From: Piedraia hortae CBS 480.64 | Taxonomy: Eukaryota | Assembly: GCA_010093745.1 (NCBI GenBank) | Contig: MU005966.1 | Span: forward strand, 131,628-195,627 | DNA: 64,000 nt | Reading direction: 5' to 3' | Part shown: piece by piece, positions 1 through 11,656 of the stretch | Position numbering within the stretch: the stretch's first letter is position 1 | Layout of the letters: each line of letters begins with the position of its first letter | The notes under the pieces: generated by a model | Told to the model about the DNA's origin: nothing | The model's input: only the letters and a program-made list of their open reading frames with translations | The model's database searches: none | Program-made: the position numbers and the translations under genes

Positions 1-1357
1 CCTGAGCCTCGCGAATTACAGCAAAGGAATTTGGCACTACTACGTAGGATCCAAAGTAGCTACGCCATCCAACAGCATACGAAGTAATTGAGTTACACGA
101 AACTGAGATAATGCGCCACAACAAGGCTGCGACGCCAACGCCAGCATGATTACACAAGACAGACTGGTGCGATCTAGGCGAACCATTTCGAGCGATTTCC
201 GCATTTGACTTGCCCTTGTAGCCTGGTCAGTCCAATTACAGCATGCGTCCTTTTCTTAAACGAGTAAATGGTACATTACCCAACCAAGGACAATGTATTT
301 GTAAGCACATTGCGCTACGCCTCGATCTTGTTTTTATATACACTCGACAGGGATACATGGTGCAATCACCAAGAGACGGCTTCGCTTTCGCCCTATCTCT
401 TAAGAAAATCTATGCCACAAGATACCTTAAATCCCTGGAGCTAATTTAGAGACATTCTTGGTCAGTGGTTTGTGGTTACGGTCGGTTCATTACCAGAAAG
501 AAAGTGAAAACTCTTACTGTGTGCCAAACAAGCCCCACTTACCGAAACAACCCAGATTTGCCAAGGTCCCGTGACAAGTATTGTGACCTCGTCCCGTGGA
601 TACATATTTTTGAACGTTTTGGAGATATTGCTCCTGGTGACCATCGTTTGGCGTTGGTGCTTTTCCACCCACGACGTTGGCAGTGCCATTAGCCCGTGAT
701 GCCACAGCATGCCAAGATTACTAATACTGTTGCTGAGGACCACAAGGTACTGAAGGCAAAGCGTCCAGTCCACTCTCCTGAACCTAGGCTGTGAATCTGC
801 AAAGCAGTATTACTGTAGATATCTGTGTGAGGCTTCACACTCCCGTAGATCCCTCAAAGGGACAATGCGCGAACATATTGGTTGCGAAGGTAGTGTTCAA
901 TCTGTGGGGCATTTTCGCATTTTGATGTGTGAAGGAAACCCCATCTTCTACCACTCGACTCAGTGCAAGCGCAATTAGAGCCCATGCATAAGCAGTTCCG
1001 AGTGCGATGTGTTCAGCGCGAGACATGGAGTAATTCAGTCCAGCATGAAACAGAATACACTTTCATCCGAATTCTTCCAGATTGATAGGATTGTGGCTAA
1101 GCCCGTTCTATTAAGGCAAATTCCCGCTTTACGGATCTAGATCGGAAATAGCCAGAGGGTCGGGTCTAAGTTGTGATCAACCGGCTCTTGCAAAGACCAT
1201 TTCCGAGTAAGTTTCGGTGCTAATGAAGGTTAAATTTAGATGAGTTGTTCTGCTGCCCTTGCCCGAGACGTCGAACCCGTTGAACCAATGTGGCGTGAAC
1301 CTTGGTCGGGTGAAGACACGTTGAACGCATGGGGAAACAGTTAAAACGAGCGGCGGA

Positions 1358-1780
1358 TTACCAGATCCGGGCCCGATAATGGAAACGGCTCAGTTTATCT
1401 GGCCACGCGGTCGCGAAATTGCAAAACGTTATGGACGCAGGGCGCCACACAAGCCATACCGCCAACCAGGAGTCGTGGTAAGAGCAGCGGGTGGATGGAA
1501 GCAGAGTGCGGAGCAGACAGGGAACTCTTTTCAAGCAACTTCCTTGTTCGCTCTCGGAGTAGAAGCACAGCGTTGGGTGCACTGCCCGCACACATCCATG
1601 GCAATGGAGGCGGAGATCTGCGAACGGCATTTGCATCCCAAAAAGCATCGCATGAGAGACCGCCTACCGGGCAACGAGTTGGAGAAATGCAATATTCGTG
1701 CAGGGTGCCTCCAGCTTAGCGACTGAACACGGCATAGGCCTGAATGCCCGGAACCGAAACCAACGAAGCCGGGCCAGCGG
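1358..1780 (-). mobile_element. Possible Crypton/NDC10-like tyrosine-recombinase relic (highly degenerate)
   Basis: Broken minus-strand frames give 'TRCPVGGLS', 'MPFADL' and 'WRPASITFCNFATAWP'. These loosely resemble Crypton motifs (CPVGALA, EPFPDF, RWN..S...CY.T.LP) in the expected order. Frameshifted. Confidence 0.22.
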
Positions 1781-2613
1781 ATATTTTAATTTGCAAGCTG
1801 GCTGGCACGACGTTGCACAACGCGGGCCACGAGGGCGTGGCCCACCATACACCGGCAGGCACAGCGGATATGGTCAGTCCCTTGACGCTCGAAGCTTTGC
1901 GCACGGAAATACCCTGTTCCGTCGGAGAAGGAGTCAAACCTGGGTGAGATCTACCGGAACGCGAACTAAAAAACAAACATGAACGAGCGCGTGGCGGAAA
2001 CTACCGACCAACCATCGCATGCAAACGAAGATTGCACACAAGCATAGTCAGAGAGTGGGAAGAAGAAGAAGAAGGAAGTAGGCTGTTTCTCTGCTACATG
2101 ATGCACAACAGCTAAACACATGACTTGGTACCAGGGTCAGGCGAGGGAAAATGTCATTGTCCGTTGCGACACTCAACTCCTGCTCGGTTCGCTCCGCCCC
2201 CGCGTCCATGGACAGGGTTCCCCGCCACAAAGCAAAGCTAACCTGGGTCACGGTACCGAGTTTTCCTTTCTTTGCTTCTCCGACAAACAACCCCACTCGC
2301 ACTCCTGCCGTGCTCCAGACGTAAGGTGTACACCGACATTTGGGCGTGCAACGATCGCCTGTGGACCCTTTCCCGGAGTGGAGGCTCGGATTGGAGCTAG
2401 CGTAGGGGGGCCAAGAAGCCGGGATGCTGATTCAGAGTTGTCAGACCACCACACCAACCTTCTGTCAATTATTGGGGCTGCCGAGTTTACGAAAAGAATT
2501 GCCTCGGTGCAATGTAGTCCGGGTAATTATTGCTAAACAGAGATGTTGAATCGAATAACCAGCATTAGAAGCGTAGGGTCAGGCAAATAGGTGCTCCATT
2601 AATGGCTTACATT

Positions 2614-3999
2614 TCATCTAGCCTCGCTCACCAGCCAGGGTCCAATCACTGCACATGCCTTCCAAAGCACACCCAAACTGCCCATTATCCTCAGTGGCAT
2701 GAGACTCACACTCCCTTTGACCACGTATAGCCACATTGCATAGACGGCAACGGCAAAGAAATGCCAAATCAGCACTATAGGCTGTCTTATAATGCCCGCA
2801 AGAAGACCCACAGGGCCATCAACGCAGTTTCCACCCCGCTTGAAGTAGTAAAAGCATCCCCTTTGTAAAGCTCGCAGCTGGTTGTCGTTCGCAGCGAAGA
2901 GACTGTACAGTGCTTGCGCAAGGATGTTGATTACACTTGCGAGGTTTTTGCGTTGCCAGTGAAACTTTTGCATGATTTTGCTGACGGCATTGCGATCTTC
3001 AAAATTAGGAAGAGGCTCAAGGAGGGTTGAAAGTAGCAGTGCGTCGTTCAAAGCGACCGTCATCCCCCCTCCCGTCAATGGATGGCGCATGTTCATGGCA
3101 TCTCCGAGAAGGACTAACCCCGGGGTCTTGTTGATAACAGGCGGTAGGAAAGAATTGGGCATGGACCGCCGATCGCGTTCGATAGCTGCCGCGAATTCCG
3201 CCTGGATATTCGCCGGAAGCGAGGGTAACACGGTATCCTTGAGATGGTCCTTTACTTTTGCGGACGGTAAGGATTCGGGAACGTCTATTAGGGCACGCGT
3301 CTCGCGTGTTCCGATTTGATACAGAAGTACCGGCGGCCCATCGGTAAGAATTACATGGCCGTGATGCGGCACAGGAAGGGTGACATCGTACAGCTCCAGT
3401 CCGTAGAACCGTGAGCGCACCAAGGGCTTGTCATGGCGTACATGCGCGCGGAACTTGCTTGCATACCCATCTGCTATGACGGTCAGAGGGGCGAAGAACG
3501 CCTCTTCAAGGCCGGCCAAACGCGCTTTAATACCCACGGCATGACCCGTGTAGGAACTTGTTATTGGCTCCGTCGCTGTGCCTTCGAACACTGATATATT
3601 AGGATGATTCAAGCGCTCTCGCAGGCGGGAGATGAAGCGGCCATGGTGGAAGGAGCGGCCCTGGGGACCTTGTGCTGTTGCCTTGCCTGAGGGACAGGGA
3701 TAGGGAATCACAACAGAATCCTGGTGGTATATGACGTCGTAGCCCAGGACGGGAATTGCGTCGATGCCTTCCAGGCACTCGCCAAGGCCAAGTTGGCGGA
3801 GAGCAGAGACGCCACCGGGTTGGAGCAGTTCACCAACAATGCGGTCGGGCTGTTTTAGTGAGCGCTCAACCACAACGACGCTACGTCCTTGGTTGGCTAA
3901 TGCGACAGCGATGGCGCATCCGAAGATTCCGGCGCCAACGACCACAACGTCGGCCTCATGATGGTGCAGACGCAGTTTTTCTATCTTACAGGGGTCCAT
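2614..3999 (-). CDS. ERG1: Squalene epoxidase (squalene monooxygenase)
   Basis: FAD-binding VVVGAGIFG, DRIVGELLQPGG, GRSFHHGRF, GDAMNMRHPLTGGGMTVA and NILAQALYSLF motifs, plus a hydrophobic C-terminus. First ATG is at 3999; the ORF-track start at 4017 is TTG. No introns seen. Confidence 0.96.
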   Translation of the reverse strand: MDPCKIEKLRLHHHEADVVVVGAGIFGCAIAVALANQGRSVVVVERSLKQPDRIVGELLQPGGVSALRQLGLGECLEGIDAIPVLGYDVIYHQDSVVIPYPCPSGKATAQGPQGRSFHHGRFISRLRERLNHPNISVFEGTATEPITSSYTGHAVGIKARLAGLEEAFFAPLTVIADGYASKFRAHVRHDKPLVRSRFYGLELYDVTLPVPHHGHVILTDGPPVLLYQIGTRETRALIDVPESLPSAKVKDHLKDTVLPSLPANIQAEFAAAIERDRRSMPNSFLPPVINKTPGLVLLGDAMNMRHPLTGGGMTVALNDALLLSTLLEPLPNFEDRNAVSKIMQKFHWQRKNLASVINILAQALYSLFAANDNQLRALQRGCFYYFKRGGNCVDGPVGLLAGIIRQPIVLIWHFFAVAVYAMWLYVVKGSVSLMPLRIMGSLGVLWKACAVIGPWLVSEAR

Positions 4000-4611
4000 G
4001 GGGCGGTACAAATCCAAGTTTAGGTCGGAATTGCTAAAACGTGCGCTTCATGGTGCTCAATTGATTGCGCCCAACTCGGGTTTTTTTCAGTGGACGTGAA
4101 GTTAACAGTCTCGGCCCGGGCCGCAGCGGATAGCGCCGGCTTTTTCGATATTGACAGGTCCGCGCTACGTATAAGCCCGGGATTATCGACTGGTAATAGC
4201 CGAGTATCACGCCCAAACTTTTGGCACCGAGGCTGTACCCCTGATTGGCGCAAAGTAACATAGAGGGCTCCAGAAAAGCGGTAGTTAATTAAAGGACCCG
4301 GTCAAGGGTGGTCGGCACGGGCCGAAACGGTCAACGGCTTGCGCGGAACGCCTTCCCTCTAGGGCAAAGTGCGATATCGGTCCCCGCGCCGGTGGCGGGC
4401 ACGTTTTGCGCCACAGAGAATCGTGCCAATGGATGCATCAATCAAATATCAGCGCAGATATACGACCAGCATCTATCCCTGCACGGCCAGCTGCAGGCTG
4501 TGCCACTTTTGTCCGGTCCCTCTTGGTTCCCAGCGTCGGTGTGATTGTGGTATAAGTATATGATTTCGGTGTTCCCTTGGTATCCTACGTTGTCTACCGC
4601 TTCCTTGCACC

Positions 4612-5628
4612 ATGAGCCGCCAGTCCCTTCCCCCCCTCCGCCCGGAAAATGCGCGTGATTCACGTAGTCTTCCTCCCATCCAGCTCCCGCCAATTCGCCC
4701 ACATTCAAGCATCCCCATCACCAAACTGCTGTGTGAAGACGAGCAGGAGAGTCCAAGGTCACCGCAACATGCACAACCGCAACATGCACATGGCGGTCCT
4801 CAGAGCCCCGAGGCTGTTCCTAGAGGGCAGCTTTCTCCTCATCAAAGAGGCCCTCCTCCTCAATATATACTCCCCCGTATCCAGCCCCAACTGCCCCATC
4901 CGTCTGAGCAGCTCTACAGCCAATCACGAAGCACATACACGGAGCTGTACTCACCGATACCGCGCGTGAGCGAACCACCACCGCTGCGGTACATTCTGAG
5001 CGTCCGCCAACAACCGTGTGTAGCACGAGCCTGCGGATTCGGCGAGCGTGACCGACGTGTCATTGACCCACCGCCGATTCTAGAACTCAAAATCACTAGC
5101 CTCGACGGTATGCCAGAGCAGGACCCACATGCCATCTTGGCCCTGCACTGCACACTCGTCAGCCGCGATGGTCGGGAAGATGAGACCGAGGCGCCGATGC
5201 AGACGCACTTGCCATCCACACGCCAGCTAATGGGCACACTGGTTGCATCACCGTACCAGGGAAAAGACGAGCACGGACGGGCTGGAACCTTTTTCGTCTT
5301 CCCCGATCTCAGCTGCAGATCAACGGGCGTTTACAGGTTGCGGTTCAAGCTGCTGCGAATTGACCCCTCGCACATGATGCCTGGCGTCTCGTCTCCGAGC
5401 GTGGCCGGCATCACGACAGATCCATTTCACGTGTTCACGGCCAAAGACTTCCCCGGCATGCGGGCGTCTAGTGCGCTGCTGAAAGCATTGCGGCGGCAGG
5501 GGCTTAATGTTGGCGTCAAGAAGGGGTCTGAGGCTCGCAAGAACAAGAACCGACAGCGAAAGGAGGAAAGCGAAGACAGCGCATCCGACGACAACGAGCA
5601 GCGGAGGCAGCCGCGGCAGAAGACCTAA
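4612..5628 (+). CDS. Velvet-domain transcription regulator (VelC-like: Pro-rich N-terminus, C-terminal velvet domain)
   Basis: YILSVRQQP..ARACGFGERDRRVIDPPPILEL, LMGTLVASP, FFVFPDLSCR..G.YRLRF and F.VFTAKDFPGM..SS.L...L..QG are velvet-domain hallmarks. Confidence 0.9.
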   Translation: MSRQSLPPLRPENARDSRSLPPIQLPPIRPHSSIPITKLLCEDEQESPRSPQHAQPQHAHGGPQSPEAVPRGQLSPHQRGPPPQYILPRIQPQLPHPSEQLYSQSRSTYTELYSPIPRVSEPPPLRYILSVRQQPCVARACGFGERDRRVIDPPPILELKITSLDGMPEQDPHAILALHCTLVSRDGREDETEAPMQTHLPSTRQLMGTLVASPYQGKDEHGRAGTFFVFPDLSCRSTGVYRLRFKLLRIDPSHMMPGVSSPSVAGITTDPFHVFTAKDFPGMRASSALLKALRRQGLNVGVKKGSEARKNKNRQRKEESEDSASDDNEQRRQPRQKT

Positions 5629-5725
5629 ATATAGTGCGCTTAGTCATGTACATACCCCGCAATGACAGTTTTTTAGGCGTACGGGACGGTAACCGAGTCT
5701 TGCGACTGCACGCCCCAACAACAAC

Positions 5726-7596
5726 ATGAGCGGTAGATTTGTGAGGGCGTCCAAGTACCGTGAGTGGAGCTGCTGCTGCTGGTGCTTTATAGAGCTAACG
5801 GCGTAGGCCATGTGTTTGGCCGCGCCAGCAAGCGCGACCAGAGCTATGACAACTTGCGCATTTCCAAGAACGCATGGGATACGAATCTGATCAAAGCCAA
5901 CCCGAGCTACCTCAGCATTAACTGGGATGCTGGTGGCGGTGGGGCATTTGCCGTTATCCCCCTGGCCGAGAAGGGCCGCTTGCCCGACCAGCTGCCGCTG
6001 TTTCGTGGCCACACCGCCGCCGTTCTCGATACCGACTTCAACCCCTTCAACGACAGTATCATTGCCTCGGCCTCGGACGACAGCAAGGTCTTTCTGTGGC
6101 GCGTGCCTGACCATTTCTCTCTTCACACTGATGCCGACGAGCCTTCCCACGTGGCCCCGGTCGGCAAGCTGAGCGGCCACTCGCGCAAGGTCGGCCACGT
6201 TCTGTTCAATCCCGCAGCTGAGAATGTCCTTGCATCGAGCTCGGGCGATTTTACCGTCAAGATCTGGGACTTGGAGAGCGGCAAGGGCACGCACTCGTTG
6301 CCGCACCAGGAGACCATCCAGTCGCTCTCTTGGAGTGCAGATGGCAGCACGCTCGTGACCACGTCGCGCGACAAACATTTGCGCTTCTGGGATGTGCGTG
6401 CGCAGCGCCCCATCCACGATGTAGCCTCTCACCAAAGCCCCAAAAGCAGTCGCTGTGTGTGGCTGGGCGAGCAGTCTCGTGTTGCGACGACGGGCTTTTC
6501 GCGCATGAGCGAGCGCCAACTCGCGCTATGGGACCCTCGAGCCCCGAACGCACCTATTGGAGACTTTCAGCTCCTCGACTCCGGTTCTGGCGTTGTTATG
6601 CCCTTCTTTGACTCGGGAAGCAACATGCTTTACTTGGCTGGCAAAGGCGACGGCAACATTCGCTACTTTGAGCTGGAAAATGACAAACTGGAGCCACTTT
6701 CCGAGTACAAATCTCCCGAGCCTCAGAGGGGTATCGCTTTCATGCCCAAACGTGGCGTGAGCGTCAATGAAAATGAGGTAATGCGCGCGTACAAAACGAT
6801 TGGAGATGGGTTTGTTGAGGTTATATCATTCGTTGTTCCGCGCCGGGCAGAAGGCTTCCAGGGCGATTTGTTTCCGCCCACTGTAGGCTTGAAGCCTGCA
6901 AGTGGAGCTCAAGAGTGGTTGGAAGGCCACACAGGCCTACCACCCAAGATGGATATGGAAGGGCTGGGCGAGGGGGGTGAACCGCAGTTTGTGGATAGTA
7001 CCTCGGCTGCTGGTACGGGTAGAAAAGATGACGGTCCAAGGATGGCAGCACAGCCTGCAGCTTATGCTAGACCTCCTTTTGGATCTACCAAGGCATCGGC
7101 CGAGAAACCTGAGCCTGAACCTGTTGCATCACAACACGGCATGGACAAAAAATCCATGTCAAATGCGGCTAACAAGTTTGCTGATGAGGCGGAGTCTAGC
7201 TCGGAGGGCGAGTTCGAGGCGCCGCAGCCAGCGTTCCAGAAAGCTTCAAGTGTCACAGCACCGCAACAGCTGACTTCCCAAGTTCAGGCATCTGTTACTG
7301 CTCAGCCTCCACGTGATGCAAGGTCAAGTGTCACGACAAATACAGAGCCAACCGGGGCTACGCCAAGCAGTGCAAACGTATCGAGGAGCGGAAGTGCGAG
7401 TGGGCCCACGAATGGCGCTCCATCAACAGGGACTACGGGGACTACAACAGCATCCATTGCAGGAGGGTTACGGGAAGCACTCCATGAAATGAAGGAATTA
7501 CTGATATCGCAAAGCAAGCAGATCGCAGATTTGAAGAGGGACGTTGAAGATCTGAAGGCGAGCATCAGCCACAATAGAGTGGAGCCACAGGAATAG
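5726..7596 (+). CDS. CRN1: Coronin (WD40 actin-binding protein); exons 5726-5759 and 5807-7596
   Basis: Spliced N-terminus MSGRFVRASKYRHVFG across a GTGAGT...CTAAC...TAG intron (5760-5806, 47 nt). WD40 repeats, AGKGDGNIRYFE, ISFVVPRRAEGFQGDLFPPT, and a C-terminal coiled coil. Confidence 0.96.
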
Positions 7597-8276
7597 ATGA
7601 GTTGGAAAGAATCGTAGGTGTACTAGCAGAACACGTTCCAGGGAATTGCAATTGTCTAATCATATCAATCCTGCTTTCCGACACGATTAACTTCGCTGTC
7701 GTGCCGAGCCATGGGACAAATCTGATCCCGGATTCCGAAATTTTTCACATCCGAAGGGAGTCGCAGAGCCAGACTTACGAAAGCATAGAATCTTCCCCGG
7801 AGCTTAAGGTTGAGATATGCAATGCGTAATGTACGTATCCAAGATTCAACAAGACACCTCACAGGTATTGTTGTGACAGCGCATCTCTTGTGTCACCGGC
7901 CTTCCGAGATATGCGCCTTCATGCACCGCACCTCAACATACAGGGGCTTGTGGCTGGTTGTTTTTTCATTTGCCTTCGCCAGCCAAACTGTTGTGCGACA
8001 CAACCGTTGGCAGGCTTCGAGGCGGTCTGATGTAACTAAAAGCTTCCGATACAGTTACCGTTACCGCTAGGGACCCTGCGATGGATATTCTTGGCGCATG
8101 CACAGCCGTTACAAATGGCTGAATACTCGGCGAGCTTCCGAACTTTCATTTGCCTAATTTGTCTGCTTTTCGGTTGTTATCGGGTCGTTATCGGATGGTT
8201 TCATACTGTGGTCCGGTTCCATGCCCCACTGCTAATAATTTGAAAACTTAGTTAGTTAAAAGGCTAACAATGACCT

Positions 8277-8747
8277 TTGCATATATCCTCTTTCATCATT
8301 GCACCAGAGTCGGGAATCCGTGCAGTAATGCCTCAATGGGTAATACATTCTTCCTGGATCTTGAACAAGGATTTAAGAGACATTCTGAGAAAGTTAGAAT
8401 ATTCCTGGCTTTCGAACGGCCACAAGACTTTCCTCAGCAACGGCCGATGCGACTGGGAAAACCGGTTGACGTTGCATACTCTATACCTCTTTCATGTCAT
8501 ATTTGCAGATTTCATACCCTTACCCTGCACTATCACAAATATCGAGCACGATAAATGCACAAGTCATATTTCGCATTTTGATCGCTCCAACCCTCGGATA
8601 TACCTTAGAACTCGCAGTACTTTGTCTATAGAGTTAGAGCAGGCAATGCGTTGGCGGACCATAGATAGAAAGACTTTCACCATCAAGGAAGAAGCATCTC
8701 CCAGGACGAATCACGGTCTTAATCATACTGGTTTGCGCGCTTGGTGA
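8277..8747 (+). mobile_element. Possible Tc1/IS630-like transposase relic
   Basis: 'LRDILRKLEYSW...KTFLS' resembles the Tc1 HTH-linker, and 'HVIFADF' resembles the first DDE motif (VIFSDE). Very degenerate. Confidence 0.25.
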
Positions 8748-9199
8748 GGTGGCCTCAGTGAATACGGCTACACCTAGTTAGCGTGGGGTTGACGTTTCAA
8801 CCTCACGCACACACAAATATATTTCACCTTTCATTAGGGCCGAGAGATCTGTCACCACTCACCCCTCAGTCTCACAGCGCCATATCGACAATCGTCAATT
8901 CCAACTCCGACATTGTCAAAATATCTTCTCCAAGCCGGATTTAGTAATACTTTTGAGGATTTCTAGAGTTTGTTCGGTACGAGCACAACAATTGGGCAAA
9001 GACCATTCGATTCTTTGACCTCAATAGCCACGACGGATATGAGCTCAAAAGACCGTGCAGCGCTTCAAATAAATTACGCACGGTTGATAGCCACACTCTG
9101 AGAGGCTTGTAACGTGCCGAAAAACTTAGTAGGCGAGTAATTGTCACCATGACGAGACTTCTCATCTTGCACACTTGTTCACGGTTGTATACAGATCTG

Positions 9200-10455
9200 A
9201 TCAAAGCCTAGCACAAGAACTGGATGGTCTCGCCCTTCGCAATCCGAGGACGGCAAATTCACGTGTGACTGGTTTCGCAACACATGTTGCCCTCTGACTT
9301 GCGCCATGTGGCACGATGCAATGGGAAACCAGTTTACCGTCCACCCAGGTGCGAAGCGTAATCTCACCACCGACGTTGGTGATCACCTTGATACCAATCC
9401 AGACCCTAAACGATTTGATGGTCCACTTGGAATAGTGGCTGGCTTGGATACAATGAAGGTGCTCAACGAGAACCATAAAGAAACCTTCATGCCTTTTGGA
9501 ATCGTGAACTGGAGTAACCAAGTCGGAAAACAATTTTCTGATGGACATATCGTTTGTCGAGTCTGGGGTGGGGATATTCCACTGTCTGAAGCTCATCAAA
9601 TTCGTTGCTCAGGGAGCGAAACACTCAGGTCTCGTCTGCAGCGCATTTGCTACCTTGACGCGAGACCTGCAAACTGGACATATTCGCGAATCGGAACACT
9701 ATGATTTACGGATCGATCATGAAGGTGCTTTGGCAGACGGTACGAAATGGCTTGGTCCCCCAAACGCGCGCATGAGGTACAGGAAAGCGGCTTATTTTAC
9801 TGTACAAGACGATTTCGGCGCTGAAGTTGCATCATAAGTAGACAGGATGATCCAAGCCTCGAGAGACATCGCAAGGCGACATGGAATTGATCATGGCGCT
9901 TATCCAGCCAAAAGTGCGCGTATGTTCGCAGGTGCAACAGCCAACAGGCGCTTATTCCACCTCGACCTCTGTGAGTCAGAAGTGGATGATGATGATGCAA
10001 GTCAAACGGACTTTGCAGCACGTGAAAAAGAAGACGCCAGTGAGAAAGCTTTCATGCTTAAAATTGGAGCTACCATATCCAGAATTGCGACTGAAGAAAC
10101 AGAAGGACTCAGCTCTTCATGCGATGTAGACTTACGTGTAGACTTCAGCGGTTGTAACGATGAACAAAAGTCACTCTTGCATTTCCCAAGCGGTATACCC
10201 AAATGCAAAGTAGTCTTTGTCGAGAATAGCACTTATGGCCAAAAGAGCCTGGATGACTTTCTCCCAGCCACTCCCCGTGAATATCATACCCCATGGCTTA
10301 AGAAGCACGGTGGTAGTTTACTGGTCTTGATTGCTGGAAGTAGAAGCAGAGGCGACAGCTTGGCAGACTCTGTGAACCCGAAATTGTACGGGAACAGTGT
10401 TAAGATGTTGATGGAGGACCGGACGAACGACCACTGGTCTGGAGGGGAGGAGTAA
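9200..10455 (+). pseudogene. Degenerate M20-family amidohydrolase (beta-ureidopropionase / N-carbamoyl-amino-acid hydrolase, PYD3-like)
   Basis: Colinear remnants: CDWF...HDAMGNQF, GDHLDTNP..RFDGPLGIVAGL (cf. GSHLDTQP.GGRYDGILG), PFGIVNWSNQVG (cf. VNWTNEEG), YDLRIDHEG (cf. FELHIEQG), MIQASRDIARRHG...FHLDL. Frameshifts, stops and loss of catalytic/metal-binding residues. Confidence 0.75.
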
Positions 10456-10630
10456 ATATATGCATGTTTTGTGGACATATCAAATAATACAACTCCAATA
10501 GATAAATTGAGAAAATCAGCAAATGTTCAATCCAAAATCCCCTCGTAAAATAAGGCACATCAGAATCAAGCCGGTGAAGAGTTATTTTGGGTGTTATCAG
10601 AAGCAACCTCAATGACCCCAGCAGGCTTAC

Positions 10631-10773
10631 TGTTTTGTACGTCGCCACTGAGCGATCCGCAGGTGATGACCCACATCCCTGACCAGGGTTCGAGTACTCA
10701 GAAATTTTCTTTTGTAGCTCTAGATACGCGTGTATACTGACACACCTGTGAGGTGCCGCTGCTTATTAGAAAA
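10631..10773. mobile_element. 143-bp solo LTR-like element, family 2, copy 1
   Basis: Begins TGTTTTG and ends AGAAAA (copy 2 ends AGAACA). Flanked by the 5-bp direct repeat CTTAC (10626-10630, 10774-10778). Aligns end to end with 35635-35777. Confidence 0.8.
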
Positions 10774-11656
10774 CTTACCATTAACCTCACCAAGAATACT
10801 CTTACAGGCGAAGGTCGAGAATGGAAAAAGCAAAGCAAACCTGTGATATGTTGAAATGAAAGGCACCCGGACAGACAACGCTCTTTATCCACTACATCGC
10901 ACATCGGTGTAACCCAAAGGACTGTTCATCCCGAGTTCTATATCGACGTTTCTTATCTGAAGTTTATTGGAGCCGAAGGCGAATATATCTCAAGCCCAGT
11001 CCACAGTTTAACCCTCCCTCTTTGAACCGTGTCACAGGATGTGGAGGACTGCAACGTTGCCTAAAGTATGCAGTCTTGATAGTTTGTAAGAAGCTATACC
11101 TCCTTGGCTTGTTAGCAAGCCTGCCTATGTGGTTAGCGCCGGTTTCCCAAGGTTTTCTGACCTCTTAGAGAAAATTGTGTCTTCGAATGATATCATGTTA
11201 CTACGTGTCATTGGCGAATGCGACCAATCTGTCGCAAGTGGGTGATTTGGTAGAGGTCTTGTTTGCCGGGAATGTTTGCTACAGCACGTTTTATCCCGAA
11301 CAGTCTCAGATACACTTCAACCTCACTTCATCACCTTTCAACTTTGATCCCACCACATAGATACGTTTATATGTCGTTACTTCGCATTGATCCTGGAACA
11401 TCAGTCCACACAACTCTTGCAAGCGAACTGTGTCGATGAATGCGTAATACATCCAGCGATTTGTGAATGTGTATCCAAAACAATCAAGGCTTTCCACACA
11501 GATTATAGTCGTGCTTTCACATCATGCACATTTATCGGAAGACAGCCTTGCTTTCATAAGTAACGCTTTCACTGAAGACACCTCCTCTTTCACAGTGCAC
11601 ACCCTGATCGGGCATAAATCAGTAAAGAGACTTTTCTTTTTACCATTCTAACGATC

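Noticed and set aside
130..240. HTH-like fragment 'GKSNAEIAR...LDRTSLS' on the minus strand
   Set aside because: Too short and frameshifted to assign; possibly a Tc1 remnant running off the window edge.
2760..2930. Possible terbinafine-resistance substitutions in ERG1
   Set aside because: The LYSLF, CFYYF and HFF motifs retain the usual Leu/Phe/His residues.
5644..6519. 291-aa antisense ORF over coronin (also 36676-37590, 18913-19602, 40491-40973)
   Set aside because: Shadow ORFs expected opposite GC3-rich conserved genes; no recognisable domains.
2614..7596. ERG1-velvet-coronin as a biosynthetic cluster
   Set aside because: No backbone or tailoring enzymes; these are unrelated housekeeping neighbours.
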